Below, one piece after another: positions 48,001 to 59,955 of a DNA stretch of 64,000 bases. Position numbers and translations under genes: made by a program. Below the pieces are notes generated by a model that saw nothing but the letters and a program-made list of their open reading frames with translations, searched no databases and was not told where the DNA came from. Position 1 is the first letter of the stretch. Each line of letters starts with the position of its first letter. The DNA is from Sporopachydermia quercuum (Eukaryota), in the NCBI GenBank assembly GCA_001599295.1, contig BCGN01000006.1, positions 1,178,001 through 1,242,000 of the forward strand, read 5' to 3'.

Positions 48001-49435
48001 CAATATTGCATCAATTAATGCTTCGAACAATAAAATCAATGGTTTGGTGTCATTCCAGAAGTTTAAGAACATCAGGAAGCTGAACCTTGCAAATAATGAT
48101 TTGACACGTTTGAGCTGTTTACGACCATTATCCAATCTACGAGAACTTGATATCAGCAGCAATAGAATTCAGTCAATTGATGGGATCGAAGAACTTACCG
48201 GGTTGGTTAGTCTCAAACTGAACAACAATCAAATCTCTGGGCATGTAACACTAAAGAATCACGACTTGGTGTCTCTTGAAGTATTAGAACTTCAGTACAA
48301 TAGTATCAAGTCCATTGATTCAGTCGAACGATTGAAGAACTTGAGGGTACTGAATTTATCAAATAACATACTTGGGTCATTTTCCATTAATGCCAACACA
48401 ACAAGCTCGTCCTGCGGTGTTATCCCACTGCGAAAACTATATCTAAACTGGAACAAATTAAAGACAATAAATGTTTCAGGCCTGTCAGGTCTGAGGGTGC
48501 TCAAAATTGATGGCAATGAGCTTAAAAAGCTCTCTGGATTATCCAAAGTCAAGAAACTAGAGAAGATCGACGCAAAAGGACAGAGTGAAGAGAACGTGAT
48601 TCATGAAATACTTGATTATACGGACATAAGGAAACTTAACCTAAGCGGAGTGCAATTTCAGTCCTCATTTGAATTCCAAACTATGTATTTGAATGTAAAT
48701 AANCTTGATCTTTCGGCAGTTAAGATCACCTGTTTACCGGAGATATTTGGTGTTACATTCATCAATGTCAGAGAACTAAACCTCAATTTCAACCAGCTCA
48801 ATTCAATCATAGGGCTGAAAGGCATATTGAAGCTTGAAAAGCTGTTTTTAGTTGGAAACCAGCTGAANAACGTCGATGAGATTGTTCAAGTTTTAAATGA
48901 GCTGAACATCGGTTTAGTAGCCGTTGACCTTAGATTGAATCCCATAACAAAAGGATTATACCCACATATATTCGACCTTGAAGATATCACCCGTGTGAAA
49001 GAAATGAATAAATCTTCTCTGGAGATTGAATTCAATGGAGCTCGTAACCAGGATAGCGAAGTGTTTCATCTTGATACCATAGAAGATATCACACTATTTT
49101 CAGTCAAATATCAAAAATACCATTCACAAAGAGGTCAAAAAGAATGGGAAAGCAGAGATGACATTCATTTGAACCATTTAAGGAAGGAATACCAAAAATT
49201 GAAACAGAGATTGCCAATTGAACAAAGAAGTCACCCAGATATTTCCATAGCTGATGCTTTGAATTCTACGAAGTATATGCAACGGTTTGCGTACCAAGGA
49301 TTAATGAAGCTTGTTATGCCCAGCTTGAAGTACATCGATGGAACCATTCTTTCATCTAAAAGGAAAAGCCAATTGAATCAGTTGGAGGAAGCTAGAAGAG
49401 TTGTTTATCATCAATATAATGAGGCATTTCTATGA
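45032..49435 (+). CDS. NUD1: Spindle pole body MEN/SIN scaffold Nud1/Cdc11 (LRR protein)
   Basis: Low-complexity N-half with SPLKVFGGKYNSYT and GNMKFDSIKKCWV; C-terminal leucine-rich repeats, VDLRLNP and LKYIDG. Confidence 0.88.
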   Translation: MSSQTIPRISALEDITEVDESRLSRNSPIKKTVNLLASSNNKSNXSVDSPSKDLANQLKALHIDDSTTHDIAIDVDIENDSSSHIKSITKDINDDNQSNVEWEDXHQKPAIQHIESNVNPLGKNXKTSYQSNPLFHAPSXESMNSDADGQNEFPPNSMESIAIETTKKSAGEINDGPHTINDQTSALKANIDTLENILNSFPLDVQLDANNLSDTNTNTLSNPSMNSFPSITSHTSISTNSQAHSISGTDNSNSVKITPQNDVPSVGTVVHKNTGEVEQPVWKKVIDAVGPSGIFDNKPPTAEENLAQMFASLPKDQKPEDFYSNGQSLASINQSEDINDNSNNNSVQVESTDDNDNDPDIGNGNDDHNYHSTTTSYNDDEFTSSSSEDVIRTVSQSPLKVFGGKYNSYTEKKFNTFLDDSQIMKQNQAHSDNSSSSFVSEPEGHNESNPLNGNVVADVNANSTGDIDDSNFTADDYMKKANDIFNGITKRPPTFPTGSFAPETNYQSTDDQPQTSTSADLSSSSEINSNTHSNISIHQQRGRDDDLHSDEGNSXNLEGMKAPHTGSRRSYSFDHSTLKENRLMTSEMPSGARNIRNITNVSNQPSLKQRALSQSYALNLGKENSITQHNLPNSSIDRPTVERPVIDQSRPLPKSPVDNAKPTSNLGQEFRLDSQLQSPSKTPGRRGISFIRPDDTPIPHQVGNMKFDSIKKCWVPVKYDSMSTSRGTNISTTKSNQGNEFDDALRELDAIDDLGTESNSNSNSLNDTVEELKSSGEFNNNDDSVVVHAIVEHDNNHHHEDDIITTPAMQTRPSILRNSDSNPRRFFNKDYLNQSTENNSSSKREVSFSFAHTMHEPDTFETPIVSSAGSSTSSTTRSPKRSAKSTSRKESSQSIGSFDITNVSKIDTSFSVTRKLLVEALINMNPETDELSKGKTVDETFAETDWDQMKGIDLSDKNLESVKDLDQFIPNLVKINLSHNQLMFLEGLPANIASINASNNKINGLVSFQKFKNIRKLNLANNDLTRLSCLRPLSNLRELDISSNRIQSIDGIEELTGLVSLKLNNNQISGHVTLKNHDLVSLEVLELQYNSIKSIDSVERLKNLRVLNLSNNILGSFSINANTTSSSCGVIPLRKLYLNWNKLKTINVSGLSGLRVLKIDGNELKKLSGLSKVKKLEKIDAKGQSEENVIHEILDYTDIRKLNLSGVQFQSSFEFQTMYLNVNXLDLSAVKITCLPEIFGVTFINVRELNLNFNQLNSIIGLKGILKLEKLFLVGNQLXNVDEIVQVLNELNIGLVAVDLRLNPITKGLYPHIFDLEDITRVKEMNKSSLEIEFNGARNQDSEVFHLDTIEDITLFSVKYQKYHSQRGQKEWESRDDIHLNHLRKEYQKLKQRLPIEQRSHPDISIADALNSTKYMQRFAYQGLMKLVMPSLKYIDGTILSSKRKSQLNQLEEARRVVYHQYNEAFL

Positions 49436-50187
49436 AGAAGAAGCTGATAGAATGTGATGGAGCAGTGGCGTCTGACAATTTAGTGTAGATATATCAATAG
49501 TCTAAATCAACTTGGCATTCTGTATATGATCGGTTGGTGACCTATAACCAGGCATCGCAGTACTNGCGCCTAGTGAACTTCAGCTACGGAGAACAGCTCT
49601 GCCGTGTATCATGATCATCGACCTGAAGCCTCACAGGCTGGTTTTTGATCTACAAACTGTTATCCTTTTGTTTTTTATTGGATTATTGGAAGCTTCATCA
49701 AGGAGCATCTACTAGAAGCAAGACGATTTGTTATACGTAATAATATAACATCAACAACTACTGCAGTAATAATAAATCATCATACTTTATTCAATTGCTA
49801 TTGACAACAACATCATTCATATATACAAGAATATTTCATCTAGCAAACTGGAAGATTTTCAGGTAGCCGAAGTGAAAGTAGTATTCGCAACTGATATCAT
49901 TGTTCTCGATATAAAGAATAACAGGTATCATTACTAGACTTTGGATTAGTTGTGTACATTACGGCCCTTAGTGCTAGCACTCGCATACTCTCTATAGTAG
50001 AGACGAAACTAACATATGATCATTATTTGTTATGTTTCCATTGCTAGAAAACCAAACGAATTGTAACATAGAATTAACTCTTACACTTCATCTTCTGTAG
50101 ATANCTCAAACCTTTTATCTAATGCACAGTCCTTCAACTGCTTTCCTTTGCCCTATTTCCAGNATTTCTAGAAATCTTTTTTTATCA

Positions 50188-52875
50188 TCAGAATTCAGAC
50201 TCCAACAGCTTTTCCAGCCTCAACTTATCAACAGATATGTATTTCTCAAACTCCATAGAGAAACTACCTCTTCCTTGAGTGACCTTCCGTAAGACTGACA
50301 AGTAACCAATCATTTCTTTCAAAGGCACTTCACATTCAATTGTCTTACGGAGATTTAATCCCTGCCCAGCATTAGCACCAGATAATCCTGAAGTATCATC
50401 TCTTGGAATGTATAAAGACTCTGCCAATTGTTTATAGTACAGCGAGTTATTGCTATCCTCTGAGCTAGAACCAACACTCGTATCACTGATAAATATCACT
50501 ATTCCATTTCTTGCACTGCTAATATCATGGGTAACGGCACCAACATCTTCTTCTTGCACTTCTATCTTGACTCTCATGATAGGTTCCATCATAGTGAAGA
50601 ATTGCTTGCGATGGGTCATATCACCCATTGACATTTGCTTCACAGCGTTTTCAATAGCTAATCTTGTGCCAGTTCTAAGCGATCTAGCATCTACCGCATC
50701 CTGAGGTAAGCTCCATTGGTGCACTTTCACTAACACTGAGTATAGTGGTAGCATTGCGACAGAGCCACCTCTTCTTAAAGCAGGCAAAGCACCCAGTTCA
50801 AAACCGGTATTGATATCTTTCTCCGAAACCAAAAAATGTGGTTCTTCTAACAGTGGAAGCTCGATATAGTTGTTGTCGATTCCAACTGGGAATACGTTAT
50901 CTTCTTCAGGATAGCTGTCGGCAGGAATAGGATGCAGTGATATTACGACTCTGACAATATGAGGTAAAATACTTTCTGGTTTAGGAGGAATATCAGAAAG
51001 CATTTCTGTTTTGGTGATACCAGTTTGAGTGTTTATTTCACATGCAACAACAGGACTTTCCTTGATCAATGTTTCTTTATACGAAATCATAACTTTACTC
51101 ATTTCTACCCGTCCTTTAAGATCACTCACGAGTCTTTCTTTCGCAATTTCCAAATGTAAATCCCCCATACCAGATAACAATGTTTGGCCCGTTTCTTCGT
51201 CAGCGGTTAGATGTAAACTTGGATCCTCACGTAATAGAATATCCAAAGCTTCATCCATACCTTTCTTGTCTGAGGCTGTCAAAGGTTCAATACTTGTGAA
51301 GAAAACAGGCTCTGGAATATCAATTGGATTCAAATGCATTGCTTCCTGTTCTGCAGATAATTTTCTTATTCCATCACGTTTACCACTTGATGCAATAAGG
51401 GTATCGCCAGTTTTGATATCTTTTGATCCAGAGATAACACCAATATTTCCTGCCGCCAGCGACTTAATTTCTAGTGGTTCATCAGCATGCATTTGCCATA
51501 ATCTATGGATTCTTTCCTTTCTTTCAGCTGTTGTGTTAAATACAGTTGCATTATCCATCAATACACCCGAGTAAACTCTAATNAATACGAGAGTACCCTT
51601 TGATTTGTCATTGATGACTTTGAATGCTAACGCAGTCGCTAAATGAGAAGAACCAGCTAGTTCAGACAACCGTTTCTTCTTTTCCTTTTGATGTGTAGTT
51701 GGGTCTTCATCTTCTGCTCTTCCTTTGTGCTTTCTATGTCTCTTTTTCCCATAGTTCTTAATTGCAATCTCAGGCAAAGGAACGTCAGCTGGAGAAGGTA
51801 GAAAATCTACAACTGATTCCATTAAAGGTTGTACACCGATGTTTCTAAAACTTGCACCGCACAACACGGGGGTCAGTTTATTAGCAATTGTCAGTTTTCT
51901 AATGGAATCTTTAAAATAAGCAGCTGGAAATGTGTTGTACACAAAATCAGGATCGAATTCAACTTCCTTTTCATGAGCTTCTTCATATTCTAGTATTTTT
52001 TCAATGAATTCATCGTCAAGTTTCGCCAATGTTTCAATAAGACTACTTCTTGCTTTCTTATACTCATCTTCTACATGTCCATCAACAAAACTATCTTTTA
52101 AATCTAATACCGAGATTTTCTCACCACTGGTTTCAATTTCATCGCGCCATGCAAAAACTTTGCCTTCAATTATGTCAACAACACCACTGAATTTTCTCTC
52201 CCGACCATCTTTTGATATATTCTCGTAATAGGGAATGTTGATGTATGCAATTTCCGTCTGAAGTCTTTCTACTACCTCCTTAACAGTTCGACCAAAACCT
52301 GCACCGTCTCTATCCATTTTATTTACATATACTATTCTAGGGATACCCAGCTCGCTTGCTTGATGCCAAACCTTTTCAGTTTGAGCTTCTACTCCAGCGA
52401 CACCATCAAGAATGGTCACAGCACCATCGAGAACACGGAGGGATCTTATAACTTCAAATGTGAAATCAGCATGACCAGGTGTGTCAATAAGATTGATTTT
52501 GGTGTCTTTCCATGGAATGGTAATGGCAGCGGATGTAATCGTGATCCCTCTTTGTCGTTCTGCAGGTAAATAATCAGTTGTCGTATCACCTTCGTCAACA
52601 TTGCCAATTCTTCGAATAGCTCCTGAATAATAGAGAATTCGTTCTGTAGTGGTTGTTTTTCCTGCGTCGACATGAGCAATAATACCAATGTTTCTTATCG
52701 CATTCTTTGATTTTGGCTCAAATGGTTTCAGTACTTCAGTAGCCATTTGCCTTATCATGGTAAGCTGATAGCAGTACCTCGATGCATGCCCTGAACAAGA
52801 TGGCAGTTTCAGCGCTATTTGTGGAGTCAGCGGCTTTAACCGGAGACCAATCATTCTTCTAAAGTAAACAGCCAT
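50188..52875 (-). CDS. MEF2: Mitochondrial EF-G2 / ribosome-releasing factor 2
   Basis: Presequence; [48 protein letters not shown]. Confidence 0.93.
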   Translation of the reverse strand: MAVYFRRMIGLRLKPLTPQIALKLPSCSGHASRYCYQLTMIRQMATEVLKPFEPKSKNAIRNIGIIAHVDAGKTTTTERILYYSGAIRRIGNVDEGDTTTDYLPAERQRGITITSAAITIPWKDTKINLIDTPGHADFTFEVIRSLRVLDGAVTILDGVAGVEAQTEKVWHQASELGIPRIVYVNKMDRDGAGFGRTVKEVVERLQTEIAYINIPYYENISKDGRERKFSGVVDIIEGKVFAWRDEIETSGEKISVLDLKDSFVDGHVEDEYKKARSSLIETLAKLDDEFIEKILEYEEAHEKEVEFDPDFVYNTFPAAYFKDSIRKLTIANKLTPVLCGASFRNIGVQPLMESVVDFLPSPADVPLPEIAIKNYGKKRHRKHKGRAEDEDPTTHQKEKKKRLSELAGSSHLATALAFKVINDKSKGTLVXIRVYSGVLMDNATVFNTTAERKERIHRLWQMHADEPLEIKSLAAGNIGVISGSKDIKTGDTLIASSGKRDGIRKLSAEQEAMHLNPIDIPEPVFFTSIEPLTASDKKGMDEALDILLREDPSLHLTADEETGQTLLSGMGDLHLEIAKERLVSDLKGRVEMSKVMISYKETLIKESPVVACEINTQTGITKTEMLSDIPPKPESILPHIVRVVISLHPIPADSYPEEDNVFPVGIDNNYIELPLLEEPHFLVSEKDINTGFELGALPALRRGGSVAMLPLYSVLVKVHQWSLPQDAVDARSLRTGTRLAIENAVKQMSMGDMTHRKQFFTMMEPIMRVKIEVQEEDVGAVTHDISSARNGIVIFISDTSVGSSSEDSNNSLYYKQLAESLYIPRDDTSGLSGANAGQGLNLRKTIECEVPLKEMIGYLSVLRKVTQGRGSFSMEFEKYISVDKLRLEKLLESEF

Positions 52876-53653
52876 CGAGCAAACTAATATCTGGGAACAT
52901 TTACTAAGGCAGTAGCAATTTCAGTCTATATCCCTATGGATTAATTGGTGTATATCAATAGGTATACTTGAAGGCTGGAAATGTGGCTGAGGCGCTCTTC
53001 CTAACAACCAAACCTCAACAGCTATAAATATAAACAACCAAATGCCTCATAAGTAACCTATAAACACAACAGAACATGAGCGCCAAAAAATCTGTTTATA
53101 AGCATCATTCATGTTCCATTCAATCCGTAGCTCTTCCATTCATAAACAGTCAGTCGATCTATCAACATGCGGTGAAAGAAGGAACTATCAGAAGAATCCT
53201 GTTACTATGCGTTTTTACACAAAACTTAATTAAGTTCGAGCTTTGTACTAATTGAGAGAAAATCACTCCGGAGGAAAATTGTTTACCTTACGAGAAGAAA
53301 TATAATGAAATGAGATATGAAGTGATCTTGGAAAAGATGTTCCTGCAAACAGTGTCATTATAGTCTCCGAAATTATTTTTTGTAGTTGCGAAAGGAAAGA
53401 GTGCAAAATGAGGTTTCATTATTCTTCTTTGATGTGTTTGAGGATGGAAAGTATGAATTATGATCGAAGTTTGGGAGGAAACTGGAAAAAACAGGAGTTT
53501 ACTAGTTTTCTGGTATCAGTGCTGGTGATTAATGCGTGAAGTTGTGGGAGCTGAATTTCTTAATTTTCAATCAGGCTATCCCGAAGATCAACTGTACAGC
53601 GATAGAAGTGTTTTGTTGGTAGATTGTGTAGTATTGCCATAAATAAGAGAAAA

Positions 53654-54997
53654 ATGACGGATAGTATGTTAGAATTGCTTTGATTTCTTAACATTGAAGT
53701 GTTATTTTTGGAAAGTTGAATTGGCTTTTGCTGTCCGCAGCAATCCGAGAAGAATCCAAACCGAAGACGAACTGAAGGCTTTTGCTTGAGTTGGAACTGT
53801 CAACAAGTAGCCAATGTTAGATATACAATTAGCCAGCTTATATATATTTTGAATCACACAGAGAATGAGTACTAACTACGTATTTTCTACAGGTAAACTA
53901 ACAACCTCATCCGATGTCTTTGACATTAAAGCAACGTATCTCAAGTTTCTGGAAGAAGATCCTGACATGACGATGCCTGTTGCTGCAATTGAAGCTCTTG
54001 TCACTCTTCTAAGTGTGAAACCTTGTAAGTATAAGATAACTTTATTCTTCATATTCTTCCTATTTGCTCTATTTTTACTAACAGCACAGCTTCTACTTCA
54101 TCCCAGTTAATTCAAGAATTAGCAGAAGCAACAAATACGTTGAAGAAATCAGTACCTAACGCTATCAGTCTTTCAGCAGGCTGTGATCTTTTTACAAGAT
54201 TTGTAGTAAGAAACATCAACATGGACGGCGACTGGGAATCATGCAGACAACATTTGGTGACCAACGGACGTATTTTCGTTCAAAGAGCCAAAGATTCGAG
54301 AAATAAAATAGCCGATTACGGTATTCCTTTTATTCGAGATGACGACGTCATTCTTGTTCATTCATTTTCTAGAGCTGTTTTCCATTTATTGCTGAAAGCT
54401 GCTAAGGAGAGCTTCATAAGATTTAAAGTAGTAGTGACAGAAGCCCGACCCACGTGTTTAGGCCAGAAAATGGCCAAACTATTACAGGAAAATAACATTC
54501 CTGTGACGTTGATATGCGATAGTGCTGTTGGATATGTTATCCAACGTATCGACAAGGTAATATTTGGAGCTGAAGGTGTTGCTGAAAGCGGTGGTATTAT
54601 CAATCATGTGGGGACCTTTCAAATTGCTGTTTTAGCAAAGAATGCTAATAAACAGTGCTATGTAGCAACCGAGAGTCATAAGTTTGTTAGATTGTTTCCT
54701 TTGGCACCCGATGATTTACCTACCGATCATGGGTTCTTATCACATGTTCTTCGATCAGGAGTTGGAAGTAACCCTGTTAGTAAAACACAAGATGAACTGA
54801 AGATTGCTAATGCTAAAGAAGAGGAGATTCTCAACCATTATCAGTATCATGATTTTTCCGTTGGTAGCGTTGATGTCGCTAAGAGTCCGAATGTTGATTT
54901 CACGTCTCATGAGTATATAACGGCATTGATCACAGATTTGGGAGTGCTTACTGCTAGCGGTGTAAGCGAGGAGCTNATCAAAATGTGGTATGATTAA
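53654..54997 (+). CDS. GCN3: eIF2B alpha subunit, exons 53654-53663, 53893-54024, 54090-54997
   Basis: MPVAAIEAL, SLSAGCDLF, GAEGVAESGGIIN, ESHKFVRLFPL, LITDLG. Introns 53664-53892 (GTATGT..TACTAAC..CAG) and 54025-54089 (GTAAGT..TACTAAC..CAG) keep frame. Confidence 0.95.
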
Positions 54998-55378
54998 GGA
55001 GAGTTGTAATAAAAGTGGAGTATTTTATATCTCGGCATTAATATAGTTGGAATAGATAGATTATAATTGTAGTTTAAACAAGGATTTAGAACGGTTTAGG
55101 AGGTATTCAGGAAGAGAATGATCAAGTGATTTCGTCTTTTTATTTATATTCTTACTAGTAAGGCATAGTGTGTCCCACTTTGTAAGTGAGAATATACTCC
55201 AAATGACCCCTGTCTCAATACGTATTTATTATATGCACGTTAAGTGTTTATACACTACCGGCGTTTTCTTCCAAGGTTACATTCTAAAAGAATCTTCTAT
55301 TACAGTAAATTATATTAAAAATCATACCAACATGCTGCAGTCCACTGTGCAAATCTACACAACCCATACATAAAATGC

Positions 55379-56440
55379 TCACCTTCTACCAACTATCATG
55401 TTGACATACTCAGCCCTTGAAGTAGTTGACTCTAAATGCGTACTCTTAATACTGGCAGTGACATCTTCACTCTCATCTAATAACATCAACCCTTTTGCTA
55501 TATTATACGACAGGTAGTTATCCCTGTTATAAATCTCCATGGGAATGCTTTTCTCTTCATCCGCTTTCCTCCTTGCGAGAAGGGAACTAGATAATCCCGG
55601 TGCTATATCACTTGATGATTTGACGCTCATTTGAATAGCTTGCTGTTTCTTTGATGTATTGTCTTCTAATGCTCTATTTGATTGTTTATTGCCTTCTCTT
55701 GTTTCGTTGATCTCCGTATCGATATATTTGAATGCTGGCCTCAACTGTGTAACCGAGTCAACAGGAACTATATGCAGTTCACCATTTTGAAATAAACCTA
55801 CATAATGATGAGATAATTTTCCGGCTGGGTCTATTACACTGTGTTTTGCTCTTGAACTATTTTTCATTGGCAGCTCTGGAATATTATCTTTCAAGGGCTT
55901 CAACACTCCTGTCAATACCTGTGATTGTAGATGTTTCCATCGTTCACCTTTCTCTTGATCATAAAACTGTTTAGTTGCAATTGGAACTTCGACTTCCAAC
56001 ACCCTGGATTCCTCTTTCAATTTGATAGACTTTATACCACTGCCCTTTGCTTCTTCTAAGGGTCTATTCTCACTTCGGTTCGGATATTGAAGAACATGCA
56101 ATCCCACCGATGGCTTCTTACGGTTTCTAGTATTACTAGCCATAGACTCAGCATCAGGAGCACCATTGAGTAACTTTTCAACAGATTGCAAACTATTGAG
56201 AAAAATTGGAAATTCCTCAACTACAGGATCATCATCATCGTCGACAATTACCTGATCGTCAGAATCAGAAAAGGGATACTCATCGAATATTTTCTTAGAA
56301 CCACTAGTGCTGGACTGTCTTCTTTTAGATGTACTTTTGCTTCTACTTTTTCTTCTTGGTTTCACGATCTGGGGCTGATTTAAAAGCCTGCCGTTCTTTT
56401 CTTCATCCGATTCATTTTCTGGGGCAACGAAAAGACTCAT
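55379..56440 (-). CDS. RPC37: RNA polymerase III subunit C37
   Basis: DDPVVEEFPIFL, LHVLQYPNR, YVG...GELHIVPV..VTQLRPAFKYID; lies between GCN3 and DBP7. Confidence 0.88.
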   Translation of the reverse strand: MSLFVAPENESDEEKNGRLLNQPQIVKPRRKSRSKSTSKRRQSSTSGSKKIFDEYPFSDSDDQVIVDDDDDPVVEEFPIFLNSLQSVEKLLNGAPDAESMASNTRNRKKPSVGLHVLQYPNRSENRPLEEAKGSGIKSIKLKEESRVLEVEVPIATKQFYDQEKGERWKHLQSQVLTGVLKPLKDNIPELPMKNSSRAKHSVIDPAGKLSHHYVGLFQNGELHIVPVDSVTQLRPAFKYIDTEINETREGNKQSNRALEDNTSKKQQAIQMSVKSSSDIAPGLSSSLLARRKADEEKSIPMEIYNRDNYLSYNIAKGLMLLDESEDVTASIKSTHLESTTSRAEYVNMIVGRR

Positions 56441-57022
56441 TTTGAAGATTTAACGAGCCTGATGGTGATGGAAACNTCAAGTCACTACTTATTGATCCGA
56501 AAGATATATGGTGAGCAATGACCTGGTGTGAAAGATATGAACAAGTGCTGATAGAATTTAAGATGCAGCTATTGCGTGCCAGTGATTGCACTTCGGTAAT
56601 GATGCATACAAACAGTGACTATTAAAAATACTGATAAATGCATGTTATTAGCTACAGAGATAAGCATATAGGGATTGTTGATGAAGTTGATAAGATGCTC
56701 AAAAGTCTTTTCTGCTCAAATTTCAATTTTTTGCTCTCCATAAGGGATCAATCATGTGACTGATAGTTTCTGATTAGATCATCTTAAATAGATTGTGTGC
56801 TCGGAGCTAGATGGACAAGATTAGAAGAAAACTGAATATCTGCGAATGTGGGATAACAAATGATTACCCAGTTAAGGATTAGCAGAATATTAGTTATTTA
56901 CTAGCCACATTCATGCTCAAATAACGAATATCAAATCCAAACTTCATAGCTACCAAAATATCATTATCTCTTTCCTTTCCAAAACTCCTCAGGTCTCCTC
57001 TCGATTGCTCTTGCCTTTGTTT

Positions 57023-57120
57023 CTCATCACGTAATCAGTTAAACTATCCGCCATTATCATATTACATAATCACTTATTACCTCTGAAAATTTTCACATAC
57101 AAAGAATAATTTTTCATTTT
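57023..57120. promoter_or_regulatory. PAC and RRPE ribosome-biogenesis elements in the RPC37/DBP7 divergent promoter
   Basis: CTCATC (reverse GATGAG) at 57023; TGAAAATTTTCA at 57084-57095; AATTTTTCA near 57108. Confidence 0.65.
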
Positions 57121-57285
57121 GTATGGAAGATATAATTTCTATACAAGCAAATGGAAGCTATGTAGTGCTACGCTTAACATCCTCAATAGCTAGTAATTTA
57201 CAGATAATCTTGTTATTTAATAAGATTAATAACGAAAATCAATTAAACAGTCAAGATCCATTTGATTTTCGATTGATTGATTAAA

Positions 57286-59601
57286 ATGGCTGACGATGGC
57301 ATGTTGCTAAACCTAGCGGTGGATGAGGCCCCTAGCCAACCTGCAAAGGTAAAAGCAGTCGGAGGAAGATGGAAAGACAGAAGAAGAGCTGAGCTGAAAG
57401 GACGTCCAAGAAGGAAGAAAAACAATAGTAGTAATAGAGATATTAATGGAGCTGAAATCTCAAGGCCAGAAGAGAAAAATGAACCCACAGTGAATCCAGA
57501 TAGAAAAGAGTTACTGGATGGTTCCAGCACAGGCTCCAAAGGGAGAAAACGAACAGCAACAAATCACGAATCTTCTGAGTTTTCAGGACGATCAAAACGA
57601 GTTGATCAACGCGATGATGTTAAAGTGTCATCTTTATTTACATCCAACGAAACAATGACATCAGAGGTTCAACGGCATGATGATGAACAGTCCAAGAACC
57701 CATCAAACGCTCCTCTGGCAGACTCTACAACCTTCGAGGGACTGGGAATCAATTCGCAGCTGTGTTCACATTTATCTAGTAAAATGCGATANCAGGCACC
57801 TACAAGGATTCAAAGATCTGTTTTGCCAAAACTCATACATGCAGGAAATCGAGATTTATTAGTTCAAGCTCAAACAGGCTCAGGTAAGACTCTTGCATTT
57901 GTTTTACCTATATTTGACAGACTAATGGCCGTTCCAACTTTACATCGTGAAAGTGGTCTTTTTGCAATTATTTTAACGCCCACAAGAGAATTGGCGAACC
58001 AAATTTACGCAGTCCTCGATAATTTGAACCGCTGTTGTCATAGAATTGTTCCTGGTATTGTTATTGGTGGTGAGAAGAAGAAGAGTGAGAAAGCCAGGTT
58101 GAGAAAAGGTGTGAACATCCTAGTCGCAACTCCTGGTAGATTGAAGGACCATTTTGAAAATACGAAGTCTCTGGATTTGTCTCAAGTCCGTTATGTAATT
58201 TTAGATGAAGGTGACAAATTGATGGAACTAGGGTTTGAGGAAGCTATTACCGATATTATGAAGGAAATCAACAACAGATCTAATATAAACAAATACGACA
58301 AAGAATACCAAGTTTTGCCCTATCGTATTGTTAATGTTCTATGCTCTGCGACTATCAAAGATACAGTTAAGAAGCTCGGGGAGGTCACATTGAAAAACCC
58401 CGAGTTGATATCTATTGATTCTGAAGGAAACGATGCCACTACATCGTCGGAGAATATGACAGTTCCAGCACAGTTAAAACAGGAAGTTTTGATAGTTCCA
58501 CCCAAATTGAGATTGGTTAGTCTTTTCTCTGAATTAAAAGTCATTTCTATCGAGGATGCAAAAAGAAAGACAATGTGCTCAATTGTATTTTTTTCCTGTT
58601 CTGATTCAGTTGATTTCCATCATGCTGTCTTCACAAGAGGAGGTAAATCTACGCTCGGGTCTATTGGAGGGAATGCTAGAAAAACAGGAGCCGATAAAGA
58701 AAAGCCGTATAATATTGACAGTGAGGAAGACGATGATAGCGAGGATTCTGGTGATGAATCGGCTGGTGATTCTGATGCTGATGTTGCCAGTACTGGTTAT
58801 AATGCTACTTTGCAAACATATCTCACCAGTCCAATGCTATCAGACTCAACTGTTGTATACAAGTTACATGGTTCACTATCACAACCAGTTAGAAGTGCAA
58901 CATTGGCCCATTTCAGATCAAATAAACTAAATGCTAGGCATATAGTTCTATTCTGTACTGATGTGGCTGCTAGAGGTTTAGATATGCCTGCTATATCTAC
59001 AGTTATTGAATATGATCCCCCTTTTGCCATTGATGATCATTTACATCGAGTTGGTAGAACAGCACGTGCTGGTCATGGAGGTAGAGCTGTTTTATTTCTT
59101 TTCCCTGGTAAAGAAGAGAAGTATATTGAAACTATTAGAGAGTATCATCATAGTTTCGCAGTTGTAGGTTATGAGAAGATGGTTCAACGGGCTTTCAGAG
59201 GCGTGGACTCTAAATGGGATTATGCAGCTACTACCTGGCATTTGAATGTCGAAAGGTGGATCTTAGAGAATCCCAGAGCTGCTCAATTAGCAGCAGCAGG
59301 TTTCACAAGCCATGTCAGAGCTTATGCTACACACTTATCCTCCATGAGAGATATTTTCAATGTGAAAAGCTTACATTTAGGACATTTGGCCAAATCGTTT
59401 GGTTTACGGGAGACTCCAAAACGGCTAGGTAAAAATGTCACTGGTGGTAGCAATGGAAAAGCTAGCATTAGTGGCGGAGGTGCCAGTTCGAATGGCTATG
59501 AACAGGATGCCAGGTCAAAGAGAACTAAGGAAGATGCTAGACATAAGATGCTACGAATGGCAAGAGTTCATGAAGCAGCTAGTGAATTCAATCTTGGTTA
59601 A
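57286..59601 (+). CDS. DBP7: DEAD-box RNA helicase Dbp7
   Basis: DDGMLLN N-terminus, [60 protein letters not shown]. Confidence 0.95.
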   Translation: MADDGMLLNLAVDEAPSQPAKVKAVGGRWKDRRRAELKGRPRRKKNNSSNRDINGAEISRPEEKNEPTVNPDRKELLDGSSTGSKGRKRTATNHESSEFSGRSKRVDQRDDVKVSSLFTSNETMTSEVQRHDDEQSKNPSNAPLADSTTFEGLGINSQLCSHLSSKMRXQAPTRIQRSVLPKLIHAGNRDLLVQAQTGSGKTLAFVLPIFDRLMAVPTLHRESGLFAIILTPTRELANQIYAVLDNLNRCCHRIVPGIVIGGEKKKSEKARLRKGVNILVATPGRLKDHFENTKSLDLSQVRYVILDEGDKLMELGFEEAITDIMKEINNRSNINKYDKEYQVLPYRIVNVLCSATIKDTVKKLGEVTLKNPELISIDSEGNDATTSSENMTVPAQLKQEVLIVPPKLRLVSLFSELKVISIEDAKRKTMCSIVFFSCSDSVDFHHAVFTRGGKSTLGSIGGNARKTGADKEKPYNIDSEEDDDSEDSGDESAGDSDADVASTGYNATLQTYLTSPMLSDSTVVYKLHGSLSQPVRSATLAHFRSNKLNARHIVLFCTDVAARGLDMPAISTVIEYDPPFAIDDHLHRVGRTARAGHGGRAVLFLFPGKEEKYIETIREYHHSFAVVGYEKMVQRAFRGVDSKWDYAATTWHLNVERWILENPRAAQLAAAGFTSHVRAYATHLSSMRDIFNVKSLHLGHLAKSFGLRETPKRLGKNVTGGSNGKASISGGGASSNGYEQDARSKRTKEDARHKMLRMARVHEAASEFNLG

Positions 59602-59955
59602 TGGAGATTTATGGGTTCAGGAAGGGTCCTGTATGATAGAAATGATTATTAAATGATTATAATGATTATTGTATTGTATGCATGTTTGGTATTGCATTGT
59701 ATTGTATAGGACAATATAGCATTAGAAAAAATGGCACGATGACGCATATAGCTACAGTGCATATAGTTGGAAAGTGGGATTTAAGAGGTTTGCGTAGGTG
59801 AATAGTGTAAATCCTTATTAACTCTACTAATTCTCATTAGAACTATTAGTGGCTTATAATTAGACATAATGCAGTGGATCCTGCACAATGAACACAGTNT
59901 AAATATAGTTCCTATCAATATCATAATCAGTGAACAATTTATACGTATACTCTTC

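Noticed and set aside
58200..58220. DEGD instead of DEAD in the helicase
   Set aside because: Normal for fungal Dbp7.
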